Assembly (NCBI GenBank): GCA_035529555.1
Contig: DATKWL010000025.1
Coordinates: 1-35,808 of the forward strand
Direction: 5' to 3'
From: Dehalococcoidia bacterium
Lineage (GTDB): Bacteria; Chloroflexota; Dehalococcoidia; SZUA-161
Length of the DNA stretch: 35,808 bases
In this document: piece after piece, positions 15,470-22,058 of the stretch
How positions within the stretch are numbered: position 1 is the stretch's first letter
Layout of the letters: each line of letters begins with the position of its first letter
The notes under the pieces: generated by a model
The model's database searches: none
Seen by the model: only the letters and a program-made list of their open reading frames with translations
What the model was told of the DNA's origin: nothing
Program-made: the position numbers and the translations under genes

Positions 15470-15778
15470 ATGATCGAAGAAATACAGCTACAAGAGATCA
15501 AGTACTACCGGCCGGTGAAGCCGCCTACGCTTAAACAGTATCTATTTCGCCGCGCAGTCGCCGAGCGTATGGCGAACATCAAGGGCCAAACAGGTGTGAT
15601 AAATAATCCGGAGAGTGGCAAGCTTATCCCCATTTCGGCTCTGGCAGCCAAGGCAGCGCTGAAGGGACTATCGGCGGACAAAATTCTACAGGAACATCCG
15701 GAATGGGAGAAGGACTACGAGCGAGGAATAAAGGAGATAAAGGACTATGAGCGAAAGAGAGATTTACATCCTCGATGA
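15470..15778 (+). CDS. Hypothetical protein (102 aa)
   Basis: ORF track. AGGTG lies 4 nt upstream of the ATG. Confidence 0.6.
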   Translation: MIEEIQLQEIKYYRPVKPPTLKQYLFRRAVAERMANIKGQTGVINNPESGKLIPISALAAKAALKGLSADKILQEHPEWEKDYERGIKEIKDYERKRDLHPR

Positions 15779-16064
15779 CGACGAATGCACTCCCTGTGAA
15801 GAGATCAAGGCAGCCCTGAAAAAGGAGATAGAAGAAGGGAAGGTCCGGGTTCTGAAGGTAACTTCCGATGAGGCCCTGGAGCTGCTGGAGCAGGCGGGGG
15901 ACCCCGACAAGCTAGAATACCCCTCGGCTCTGGTGAAAGACGAAAAGGGTGTAAGGATTTGTGAGATCTATCATAACAAGGACATCACTCTGTCAAAGTG
16001 TGGCGATGAGATAATAGCGATCAGGGAACCGACTGAGCAAAAGCCTCCGCCGCCCAGCGATTAA
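15747..16064 (+). CDS. Thioredoxin-fold (glutaredoxin/NrdH-like) CxxC protein (105 aa)
   Basis: The N-terminus EIYILDDDECTPCEEIKAAL shows the beta1-CxxC-alpha1 arrangement. A later segment YPSALV..KG fits the cis-Pro region. Confidence 0.6.
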   Translation: MSEREIYILDDDECTPCEEIKAALKKEIEEGKVRVLKVTSDEALELLEQAGDPDKLEYPSALVKDEKGVRICEIYHNKDITLSKCGDEIIAIREPTEQKPPPPSD

Positions 16065-16287
16065 CATAGTTCTCGAACATAACTTTTTTCTTGCCCCGGC
16101 CAAAGCCGGCATACTGCCCCTCAGCTCTGAGCACCTGCCAGGTATTAGCCCCAACTTCCTGGATAATCACTTTTGCCACATCTTCCATTTTTCTCGGCCT
16201 GAGAGTCAGCAGGTCCTCTTTCTCCTCTATGGAAAAACCATTGCGGATGAGCTTGGTCAGGAAGATATCTTTGGCCTTCGGTTCCAC
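16021..16287 (-). CDS. Hypothetical protein (88 aa)
   Basis: GTG start with GGAGGGG upstream. It overlaps the 3' ends of both neighbours. Confidence 0.5.
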   Translation of the reverse strand: MEPKAKDIFLTKLIRNGFSIEEKEDLLTLRPRKMEDVAKVIIQEVGANTWQVLRAEGQYAGFGRGKKKVMFENYVNRWAAEAFAQSVP

Positions 16288-16568
16288 TTCTTACCCCTCC
16301 CCTTTTGCGCTTCTGTGAGCCTATTGTATTCCTCGAGATAGGTCTCATTACAAAACAATCCGCAGCGGCACCGGTTGATTTCTCTTATATCCTGCAGGGA
16401 CTCCTCACAGGGACAGTGAGCCCTTCCCGGCACACAGGGACAGCAGCCCCCCTTTTTCAGCACCAGGTCGGCCCAGCCGGAGGCAGTCTGGCCGGGGTGG
16501 ATCTGCAATCCGTTGGCCAGGGCAAAATCAGAGATTGCTTGAACCAGGGACTCCTTTTCCATTTCCAT
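16257..16568 (-). CDS. Ferredoxin:thioredoxin reductase catalytic-subunit-like protein (103 aa)
   Basis: The cysteine signature CCPC-x6-CPC-x12-CRCGLF resembles the CPC..CPC..CHC-x-LF signature of FTR catalytic chains. Confidence 0.65.
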   Translation of the reverse strand: MEMEKESLVQAISDFALANGLQIHPGQTASGWADLVLKKGGCCPCVPGRAHCPCEESLQDIREINRCRCGLFCNETYLEEYNRLTEAQKGRGKKWNRRPKISS

Positions 16569-16596
16569 GTTGTCTACCCTATGATTTGTTTATCAC

Positions 16597-16625
16597 TTGA
16601 CAGCCTACTTGATTATAATTATACT
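16597..16625 (+). promoter_or_regulatory. Promoter, TTGACA-N17-TATACT, ending 6 nt before the integrase ATG
   Basis: TTGACA at 16597..16602 and TATACT at 16620..16625. There is no SD before ATG 16632. Confidence 0.55.
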
Positions 16626-16631
16626 CCAGCT

Positions 16632-17375
16632 ATGCAATACAGGTCGGAGAGCACCAAAAAGACATACGAGGTACACCTCCGTCTCTACCTCAAGTGGCTG
16701 GATGGAAGGAAGCAGGATGCCCGGAACGCCCAGGAATACATCGACCACATGCTCGATTCTGGCAGAAAACCGAACTATATTGCAACCGCGGCCAATGCCC
16801 TGCGGGCGCACTGGAAAGACGGAGGGAAAGCGCTAAGCCTCCATGCGCCCACTCCGGAGGTGGGATATCCCAAGTATCTCACGATAGACCAGATTTACAA
16901 GCTCCTGGCGTCTGCCAAGACAGCGCTGGAAAAGTGCATCCTCACTCTGCTTTTTGACACCGGGGCGCGCATCTCCGAGGTTCTAAACCTGCACCTTGAA
17001 GATATAAATCTCGAGGAGCGATTACTGCACGTTACTCGTAAAGGCGGCAGGGAAGAGGATGTTCTCCTGGGTGAAAAGGGGCAGCAGGCGCTGGAGATAT
17101 GGCTTAAGACGAGGAAAAGTAAGGATAAACGGGTCTTCATGGATTACACCTATAACGATATCTATTATATCCTCAAAGAAACCGCGAAAAGGGCCGGTAT
17201 CGAAAATTTCGCCCCCCACATGTTAAGGCATTCTCTCGCTTTCTATATGCTATCGAAGGGCAAGGACCTTCACGACATCCAGGAGATCCTGGGTCACCGG
17301 TCGATAGCAACGACCGCCAATATCTATGCTCGCAGAAAGCCCGAGCATCTGCGAAAGGTGAAGCCGGACTGGTGA
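16632..17375 (+). CDS. Tyrosine recombinase, short XerC/D-like or invertase-like (247 aa)
   Basis: Catalytic signatures DTGARISEV (Arg), HMLRHS (HxxR) and LGHRSIATTANIYA (His..Tyr). I chose the internal ATG because the track's 5' extension is antisense to 16257..16568. Confidence 0.9.
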   Translation: MQYRSESTKKTYEVHLRLYLKWLDGRKQDARNAQEYIDHMLDSGRKPNYIATAANALRAHWKDGGKALSLHAPTPEVGYPKYLTIDQIYKLLASAKTALEKCILTLLFDTGARISEVLNLHLEDINLEERLLHVTRKGGREEDVLLGEKGQQALEIWLKTRKSKDKRVFMDYTYNDIYYILKETAKRAGIENFAPHMLRHSLAFYMLSKGKDLHDIQEILGHRSIATTANIYARRKPEHLRKVKPDW

Positions 17376-17376
17376 T

Positions 17377-17742
17377 ATGCCTTATTTAAAAGACGAGTGG
17401 CGGGTCCCGGGTATTTTTATCCGCGACGCATTGCACGAACTCGGTACAGCGAGCTGCTCGCAAGTGCATCGCCTTTATCGAGAGCGCATTCGGGACGAAA
17501 ACCTGTCCAGGCCAAAAAAACAGAGGATATCGGGAATGACATATCCCTCTATGCTCAGGTATTTCCATCTGTTAAAAGACGCTGAGGCTATTGAGGTAAG
17601 TTCGATGGAGCCGGTGAGGGAAGAGTGGGCTCATCTCAGGCGTTTCACACCTGAAGGTATGGAGCCGGCCCTCCAAGTGTTCTATAAGCCCGTTGCGAGC
17701 ATTGATGCCCCGGTATGGATTAAGCCATGGAGTTCGGTGTAA
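17377..17742 (+). CDS. Hypothetical, possibly winged-helix, protein (121 aa)
   Basis: The ATG lies 1 nt after the integrase stop (TGATATG). Its position would suit an excisionase or directionality factor, but no motif supports that. Confidence 0.55.
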   Translation: MPYLKDEWRVPGIFIRDALHELGTASCSQVHRLYRERIRDENLSRPKKQRISGMTYPSMLRYFHLLKDAEAIEVSSMEPVREEWAHLRRFTPEGMEPALQVFYKPVASIDAPVWIKPWSSV

Positions 17743-17937
17743 ATGGTTAGAATTGATAGAATAGACCATAGAGATGCAATCGATACGCCTGTAGCCAGCT
17801 ATGAGTTAATCCCGCCCATAGATTGGCAGCTTGGTCAGGATTTGCTTTTGGATTTAGAGCACTGTATTTATGCAATGTTTTCGGGCGATTACCTGGTGAG
17901 CTATGGTAGATTCAACTTAATAAAACCTCATTATTAA
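17743..17937 (+). CDS. Small hypothetical protein (64 aa), low GC
   Basis: The ATG abuts the upstream TAA. No SD is visible. Weak call. Confidence 0.35.
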   Translation: MVRIDRIDHRDAIDTPVASYELIPPIDWQLGQDLLLDLEHCIYAMFSGDYLVSYGRFNLIKPHY

Positions 17938-18127
17938 AGAGCGCGACGGCAGCTCACCAGGGCATGACCTGGGGGAGCAGCGGATAGAAGACGGGTAGAG
18001 GTGCCGGATGGCATGACATTAACATCGGGAAAAGGCAGCGAGGGGCTTAAAATGGAAGCCTAGAGCCTCGCTATTCGGGTTCTTAGCGGTTTTTGAAGCA
18101 GTAGCGAAGCTAAAGCGGGAAAAGGCT
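17938..18127 (+). other. ORF-free purine-rich structured segment (candidate ncRNA, 3'UTR or att region)
   Basis: Nested hairpin GCGAGG-GGCTT..AAGCC-..CCTCGC near 18038..18072. The 11-mer CGGGAAAAGGC occurs at 18026 and 18116. The segment ends at terminator 18131..18163. Confidence 0.3.
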
Positions 18128-18130
18128 GGT

Positions 18131-18163
18131 CGGGTCAGGAAAAACTCGACCCGTCTTTTTTTT
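18131..18163 (+). terminator. Intrinsic terminator
   Basis: Stem CGGGTC/GACCCG with an 11-nt loop, followed by TCTTTTTTTT. Confidence 0.7.
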
Positions 18164-18228
18164 GATTGTGGGGCTTAATAAGGCTGCGGAATACTCTTTA
18201 TCTCCCAAGACCAGAGGATACTACTCTA

Positions 18229-18256
18229 TAGACAAAATCTAATTAGATTTTATAAT
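18229..18256 (+). promoter_or_regulatory. Promoter TAGACA-N16-TATAAT whose whole spacer is a perfect 16-bp palindrome
   Basis: The spacer AAATCTAATTAGATTT (18235..18250) is self-complementary. A second palindrome ATGATT-GACT-AATCAT follows at 18255..18270. Confidence 0.6.
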
Positions 18257-18289
18257 GATTGACTAATCATTTAATCCCCTGTATGATTG

Positions 18290-18301
18290 TAATCGAAGCT
18301 A
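18290..18301. repeat. 12-bp direct repeat TAATCGAAGCTA (partner 19631..19642)
   Basis: Exact copies bracket the low-GC two-gene island. CTTATAAGG and AAGGAAAGC also recur after both copies. Confidence 0.6.
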
Positions 18302-18411
18302 TTTAGCTTCAGAAGCACCTTAAAAAATAATCACGCCTTATAAGGAAAGCTCGGTTAGTGATTAAGTCTCAAATAAGACTGAAAGCGAAGCCAAGCAAGT
18401 GATTTATAGAT

Positions 18412-18441
18412 TCTAGCCCATGTTCGGGTGATATACGCTCA
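18412..18441. repeat. Left arm of a 30-bp inverted repeat bracketing ORF 18470..18982
   Basis: TCTAGCCCATGTTCGGGTGATATACGCTCA equals the reverse complement of 19002..19030 apart from a single 1-nt indel. Confidence 0.9.
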
Positions 18442-18469
18442 AATCTAAAAAAAGAGAGGTAAAGCGTAT

Positions 18470-18982
18470 ATGGTAACGATTGCAATCCCCGAATACATAG
18501 CAAGCCTATTGAAGCCAACCACAAGGCAAACTGGTCGCAAAGTTTGGTCAATAGACCTTGAAACAGTTTGGCTTCCGTTCTTTACGGCTACCAATACGGT
18601 AGGGGCTACCGTGATACCACCCGAGGCACTAGGCTGTCCTTTACGGCTCGCATACGGCAAAGACAGGCTTCCGAAGTTCAACGAGACTACTGGCAAGCCA
18701 GTCATAAGGGTTGCCAAAGAGCTTGGAGATAGCGTCAAGATGGTTCGTGATAACTTTGTAGCCAATCTCCAGAGCTACGCCGTGAATGTCCGCAAGTCTA
18801 ACCTAGATGGCTACAAAGCCGAAATTCTAGCCAATGCGGAAGCGGGCAAGCCGATTGCCGAAGCCGATAGAATGGCAGTTGACAAAGCCATAGCCGAAGC
18901 CGTAGCCGAAGCGATGGCAGGAAAGTCCGCCAGCCCTATCGAAGCCGAAGCCAAAGCCGAAGCCGAATTAGTAGCAGCCTAA
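18470..18982 (+). CDS. Hypothetical protein (170 aa) with an Ala/Glu-rich C-terminal tail
   Basis: ORF track. AGAGAGGT lies upstream of the ATG. GC is lower than in the flanks. The tail reads AEAVAEAMAGKSASPIEAEAKAEAELVAA. Confidence 0.6.
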   Translation: MVTIAIPEYIASLLKPTTRQTGRKVWSIDLETVWLPFFTATNTVGATVIPPEALGCPLRLAYGKDRLPKFNETTGKPVIRVAKELGDSVKMVRDNFVANLQSYAVNVRKSNLDGYKAEILANAEAGKPIAEADRMAVDKAIAEAVAEAMAGKSASPIEAEAKAEAELVAA

Positions 18983-19001
18983 AGCCAGCCAGCGTACTAT
19001 A

Positions 19002-19030
19002 TGAGCGTATATCCCCGAACATGGGCTAGA
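19002..19030. repeat. Right arm of the 30-bp inverted repeat
   Basis: TGAGCGTATATCCCCGAACATGGGCTAGA, starting 20 nt after the stop of 18470..18982. Confidence 0.9.
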
Positions 19031-19045
19031 TAGATTGGGGGATAT

Positions 19046-19627
19046 ATGCCAAACTGGGCTACACAAGCACGGCAAGCGAAGCTAGTGGAATTGTGGGCTA
19101 CATACGGCAATAAATGCCTTCTAGGTCATTCGGTTTGTGATAACCCCGAACATTATATTCACCTAAAGCCAATCCGTTTAACTTGTGGGGATTGGATTAA
19201 AGTACCCGAAGTCAAACGGCTTTACGACTTGAAAGAGTCCGAAGTTATTAGCGATTGGGTGAAAGATGATAGGGAATCGAAAGCATACCTAAACCGCATT
19301 ATATCCCGAATGTTGCACCGTATCCCCGAAGTCGGTTCACTACGAGGTAGGTTTAATGCTATCAGTCGGGATATATTCCACGATAGCCAGCCACAATACT
19401 ATATTGAATCTCTGGGGATTAGCGGGCTAACCTTTAAGCCGTTTGCAAAAGTCCGCATAGCTTCGGGCTACACTCGGTTATTTATTGACTTGAAAGCACC
19501 ATTAGCGAGCTTGTCAAAAAATAAACGGCGTAAATACTTACGCTATGGTAAAGGAATACCATTACCCGTTCAACGGGAAGTTGAAGCTAGTTGTAATAGA
19601 GCGATAGCTCATTATTTGAGCAAATAA
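19046..19627 (+). CDS. Hypothetical protein (193 aa), low GC
   Basis: ORF track. GGGGGA lies upstream of the ATG. The N-terminal Cys/His cluster CLLGHSVCDNPEHYIH could bind metal. No family recognised. Confidence 0.6.
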   Translation: MPNWATQARQAKLVELWATYGNKCLLGHSVCDNPEHYIHLKPIRLTCGDWIKVPEVKRLYDLKESEVISDWVKDDRESKAYLNRIISRMLHRIPEVGSLRGRFNAISRDIFHDSQPQYYIESLGISGLTFKPFAKVRIASGYTRLFIDLKAPLASLSKNKRRKYLRYGKGIPLPVQREVEASCNRAIAHYLSK

Positions 19628-19630
19628 ACC

Positions 19631-19642
19631 TAATCGAAGCTA
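19631..19642. repeat. 12-bp direct repeat TAATCGAAGCTA (partner 18290..18301)
   Basis: Exact copy 4 nt after the stop of 19046..19627. Confidence 0.6.
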
Positions 19643-19673
19643 ACTTATAAGGTAAGATTTGAAGGAAAGCGAG

Positions 19674-19706
19674 AGACTCTCCATTGTGGGAGTCTTTTTG
19701 CTTTTT
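19674..19706 (+). terminator. Intrinsic terminator of the low-GC island
   Basis: 8-bp stem AGACTCTC/GGGAGTCT (one G-U pair) with a 6-nt loop, followed by TTTTGCTTTTT. Confidence 0.7.
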
Positions 19707-19792
19707 AAGAGCCTCTAACGCACCTGCGGTCGGGGGATGGGCGAAGCCTTGTCAGCTTACCCTACCCGCCACCAATGGCGTTAGAGGCTCTT
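19707..19792. promoter_or_regulatory. 15-bp perfect inverted repeat with a 56-nt spacer, ahead of the long plus-strand operon
   Basis: AAGAGCCTCTAACGC (19707..19721) and GCGTTAGAGGCTCTT (19778..19792). The loop contains another CCTGCGG. Confidence 0.5.
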
Positions 19793-19819
19793 TGTTTATG
19801 GGTCGGAAAGGGGGTGAGC

Positions 19820-19984
19820 ATGAAGGCGATAATAGAGTCGCTTGAGACCGCTGAGGGCCTGTTGCGCTCGCAGATAGCAATGCTGCTGTTCGGCCACTTC
19901 GATGCCTACGAAGCGGGAAAAATACAGAGAGCAATGAGCGATGTGAACCACGCTATTGCAAACCTTCAGGGCGCTTCAGCTTGA
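19820..19984 (+). CDS. Small hypothetical protein (54 aa)
   Basis: I chose the internal ATG at 19820 because GGGGGTGAG lies upstream. The track's longer version would start inside the inverted repeat. Confidence 0.5.
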   Translation: MKAIIESLETAEGLLRSQIAMLLFGHFDAYEAGKIQRAMSDVNHAIANLQGASA

Positions 19985-20011
19985 TGAAAACACCTGGAAA
20001 GGAGGCACTCT

Positions 20012-20383
20012 ATGTACGATGGCTGGACCCACGGCGTGAAGACGAAGTGCCCCAAGTGCGGCAGCGACGATTGTAATGACACCATCGGTAACCAAACCGT
20101 TGTCGGAATCAAAGTATCGGCCCATGTCATATACTGCAACACTTGCGGCTATCGGAAGGAGGAACTTCTCAAAGATAAAAAGACGATATGGGCTGAGGAG
20201 CATGTAAAAAAGCTCAAATGTAATAAGTGCGGCGTGGAATACTCATCGCCCGAGGACCGAGAGTTTGCAGAGAAGATGAGCAAATCATGGGGAGAGAGTC
20301 TACGATCTGATGGAATTGAACCGACAGGCATAGCCCCATGCCCTAACCTCACCTGCCCGGGTGAGCTCGTAGTGCTGGAATAG
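20012..20383 (+). CDS. Double zinc-ribbon protein (123 aa)
   Basis: AAGGAGG lies upstream of the ATG. Cysteine pairs: CPKCG..C, CNTCG, CNKCG, CPNLTCPG. Confidence 0.65.
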   Translation: MYDGWTHGVKTKCPKCGSDDCNDTIGNQTVVGIKVSAHVIYCNTCGYRKEELLKDKKTIWAEEHVKKLKCNKCGVEYSSPEDREFAEKMSKSWGESLRSDGIEPTGIAPCPNLTCPGELVVLE

Positions 20384-20435
20384 AAATACCGGCGCCACGA
20401 TATTTCTTAAGAAATAACCGATAGCAGGAGGCTAA

Positions 20436-20615
20436 ATGATTTGCGTAGCATGTAAGAAAGAAAAACCAGATGCTAAACCTCGCCAAGTCCATGACGAGAC
20501 TAGCGTACCACTATGTAACGAGTGCTTCGATGGACTTGAGCCGTTACTCAAGATACTGGTAGCTCCCAGTCGGCATGTCTTCGGTGACGGACGCATCACA
20601 CTGATAGTTAGTTAG
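20436..20615 (+). CDS. Small zinc-ribbon protein (59 aa, below the track cutoff)
   Basis: AGGAGG lies 5 nt upstream of ATG 20436. Hand translation: MICVACKKEKPDAK...LCNECFDGLE... Confidence 0.5.
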   Translation: MICVACKKEKPDAKPRQVHDETSVPLCNECFDGLEPLLKILVAPSRHVFGDGRITLIVS

Positions 20616-20626
20616 GAGGTGATAGC

Positions 20627-20797
20627 GTGGATAACGGCAGGCTGTCAGCCATGCAACGTTTCTTCTCTACCGCTGATAAACCGGTGTCGGCCAGGGAGCT
20701 GAAAGAGCTGCGGGAAAGCGACCCTGCAGGCTTTGAGAAACTGGCCGAGGAATGCGAGAAGGCTACGCTGCCACAGAAAATAACTGCGAAGGAGTGA
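20627..20797 (+). CDS. Small hypothetical protein (56 aa, below the track cutoff)
   Basis: AGGAGGTG lies 6 nt upstream of GTG 20627. The frame is open to TGA 20795. An alternative ATG lies at 20651. Confidence 0.45.
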   Translation: MDNGRLSAMQRFFSTADKPVSARELKELRESDPAGFEKLAEECEKATLPQKITAKE

Positions 20798-20814
20798 TTA
20801 GAAGGAGAACCGGC

Positions 20815-20946
20815 ATGACTAGATTGAAGCAGCTGGAGCAACTGAAGAAATGGCTTTGCAAGCGAATGGCTCAGGTAACTGTAGCTGAGCTGCCTGAAGT
20901 AATCAGGTCATATAACGACAAAAAGGTGAAACTCCAGAATAGATGA
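20815..20946 (+). CDS. Small hypothetical protein (43 aa)
   Basis: AAGGAG lies 6 nt upstream of ATG 20815 (internal Met of track ORF 20752..20946). Confidence 0.4.
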   Translation: MTRLKQLEQLKKWLCKRMAQVTVAELPEVIRSYNDKKVKLQNR

Positions 20947-20973
20947 GTTCTAGCCAGGATGGAGGTGGTACAA

Positions 20974-21087
20974 ATGAGAAAACGCTTTCCCTGGTGGGTG
21001 ATAGCCTGGCTGGTCATGTTCGCCGTAGCCTTCGCCTGGGTGACTCTCAATGCTTATTATGGCTGGGTGTTCAACTTATTCAAATGA
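20974..21087 (+). CDS. Small single-TM membrane protein (37 aa)
   Basis: GGAGGTGG lies upstream of ATG 20974. Hand translation: MRKRFPWWVIAWLVMFAVAFAWVTLNAYYGWVFNLFK. Confidence 0.45.
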   Translation: MRKRFPWWVIAWLVMFAVAFAWVTLNAYYGWVFNLFK

Positions 21088-21099
21088 AGGAGGTGAGCC

Positions 21100-21330
21100 G
21101 TGGATGTTTATTGTCCCAGATGCGGCGAGCCATGGGATCTCTACTATGTTCAGCACGAAATGACATCGGAGGAGCGGAGGGATTTCTGGAACAGTAAAGG
21201 ATGCCCGTGTTGCATCAATAAAGAGGTCAAGGAACGACCCGACCGAGCACTCGCTACAGCCGTGCTGCGCGATGTCCTGGGTGATGATGTAGATGGGATA
21301 GCCGCAACGCTTGATGACTTGGGATTTTAA
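21100..21330 (+). CDS. Zinc-ribbon protein (76 aa)
   Basis: AAGGAGGTG lies upstream of the GTG start. Cysteine pairs CPRCG and CPCC. Confidence 0.6.
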   Translation: MDVYCPRCGEPWDLYYVQHEMTSEERRDFWNSKGCPCCINKEVKERPDRALATAVLRDVLGDDVDGIAATLDDLGF

Positions 21331-21377
21331 GTGTTAACACTGTTAACAATGTTATCACCGCAGGAAGGAGGTGATGT

Positions 21378-22046
21378 ATGAGTATTCCTGTCGATGAGCA
21401 TGGAGATATCGTGCCTGAGCCTGAAGAGGAGCACGTAAAGCCTGTCGATGGTCAATGCGGCACTTGCCGGTGGGGGAAAATAGATTCCGCCCCTTCCCCC
21501 TCAGGACCGGAAGATGGGGTGAACTGAGCCAGTGAAGCACATGTTCGCTGGTACAGCGAACAAACTGGGACTGACTATGACCTCAAGGAATTCGAAGAGT
21601 ACGGCGCGGTCAATTATTTCCGGCTCGAGGTCTTAGCAGAAGAGACCTTCATATGCCAGCACTGGCAGCCCCGCCCTAGCGAAGTTAAAGATCAGTGGCT
21701 GCCGACGCCGGACGCTGAGCAGGTAAGCGCCTGCCCATGGTGCGGTCATGAGTACGAACTTGAAGGTAATTATTCGGACCTCTGTGGGTATACCGACCTG
21801 AGCAGCACTTACGCCAAACACGATTGCGGTCACTATGTGCGATTCCGCAGTTGGGCCGATGAACCTGAGGAGACGGAAGAGGAATACCTGAATAAGGTCA
21901 TAGAGTCAGCAGGCCAGGCTTTCTGGGCGCAGATCGCCGCTGACTACCCTCAGGTAAAAACGGGAGATTTCCCGCCCAACGAGCACGTCGTATGGCATAA
22001 AGCCATGGAGACAGCCGTACGTGCGTGGCTATCCGCAAATTGGTAG
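21378..22046 (+). CDS. One reading frame of 222 codons interrupted by an in-frame TGA at 21525..21527 (recoding, read-through or pseudogene)
   Basis: AAGGAGGTG lies upstream of ATG 21378. After the TGA the same frame stays open for 173 codons. There is no ATG, GTG or TTG in frame until 21837, yet the translation looks protein-like (..CPWCGHEYELEG..). Confidence 0.5.
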
Positions 22047-22058
22047 GAAGGAGGTAAG

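Noticed and set aside
16305-16631. The 5' extension of the integrase ORF (the track gives 356 aa).
   Set aside because: The extension is antisense to the FTR-like gene, covers the promoter, and adds sequence unlike any recombinase N-terminus. ATG 16632 gives a normal short recombinase.
18480-19470. Recurrent CCCCGAA / CCCGAA words in the low-GC island (about seven copies).
   Set aside because: The words are short and lie partly inside the inverted repeat and coding sequence. I cannot separate them from codon or peptide bias without statistics, so I note them only.
17938-19820. tRNA or tmRNA genes, or tRNA-derived att cores, near the recombinases.
   Set aside because: I found no cloverleaf-compatible segment or GGTTCGAATCC-type T-arm by eye. 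A proper tRNAscan/ARAGORN run is still needed.
21525-21527. Global reassignment of TGA (genetic code 4 or 25) as the explanation for the in-frame stop.
   Set aside because: Many adjacent genes end in TGA followed within a few nt by an SD and a start (for example 20795, 21085, 29359). GC content and SD usage are not like those of known recoded lineages.
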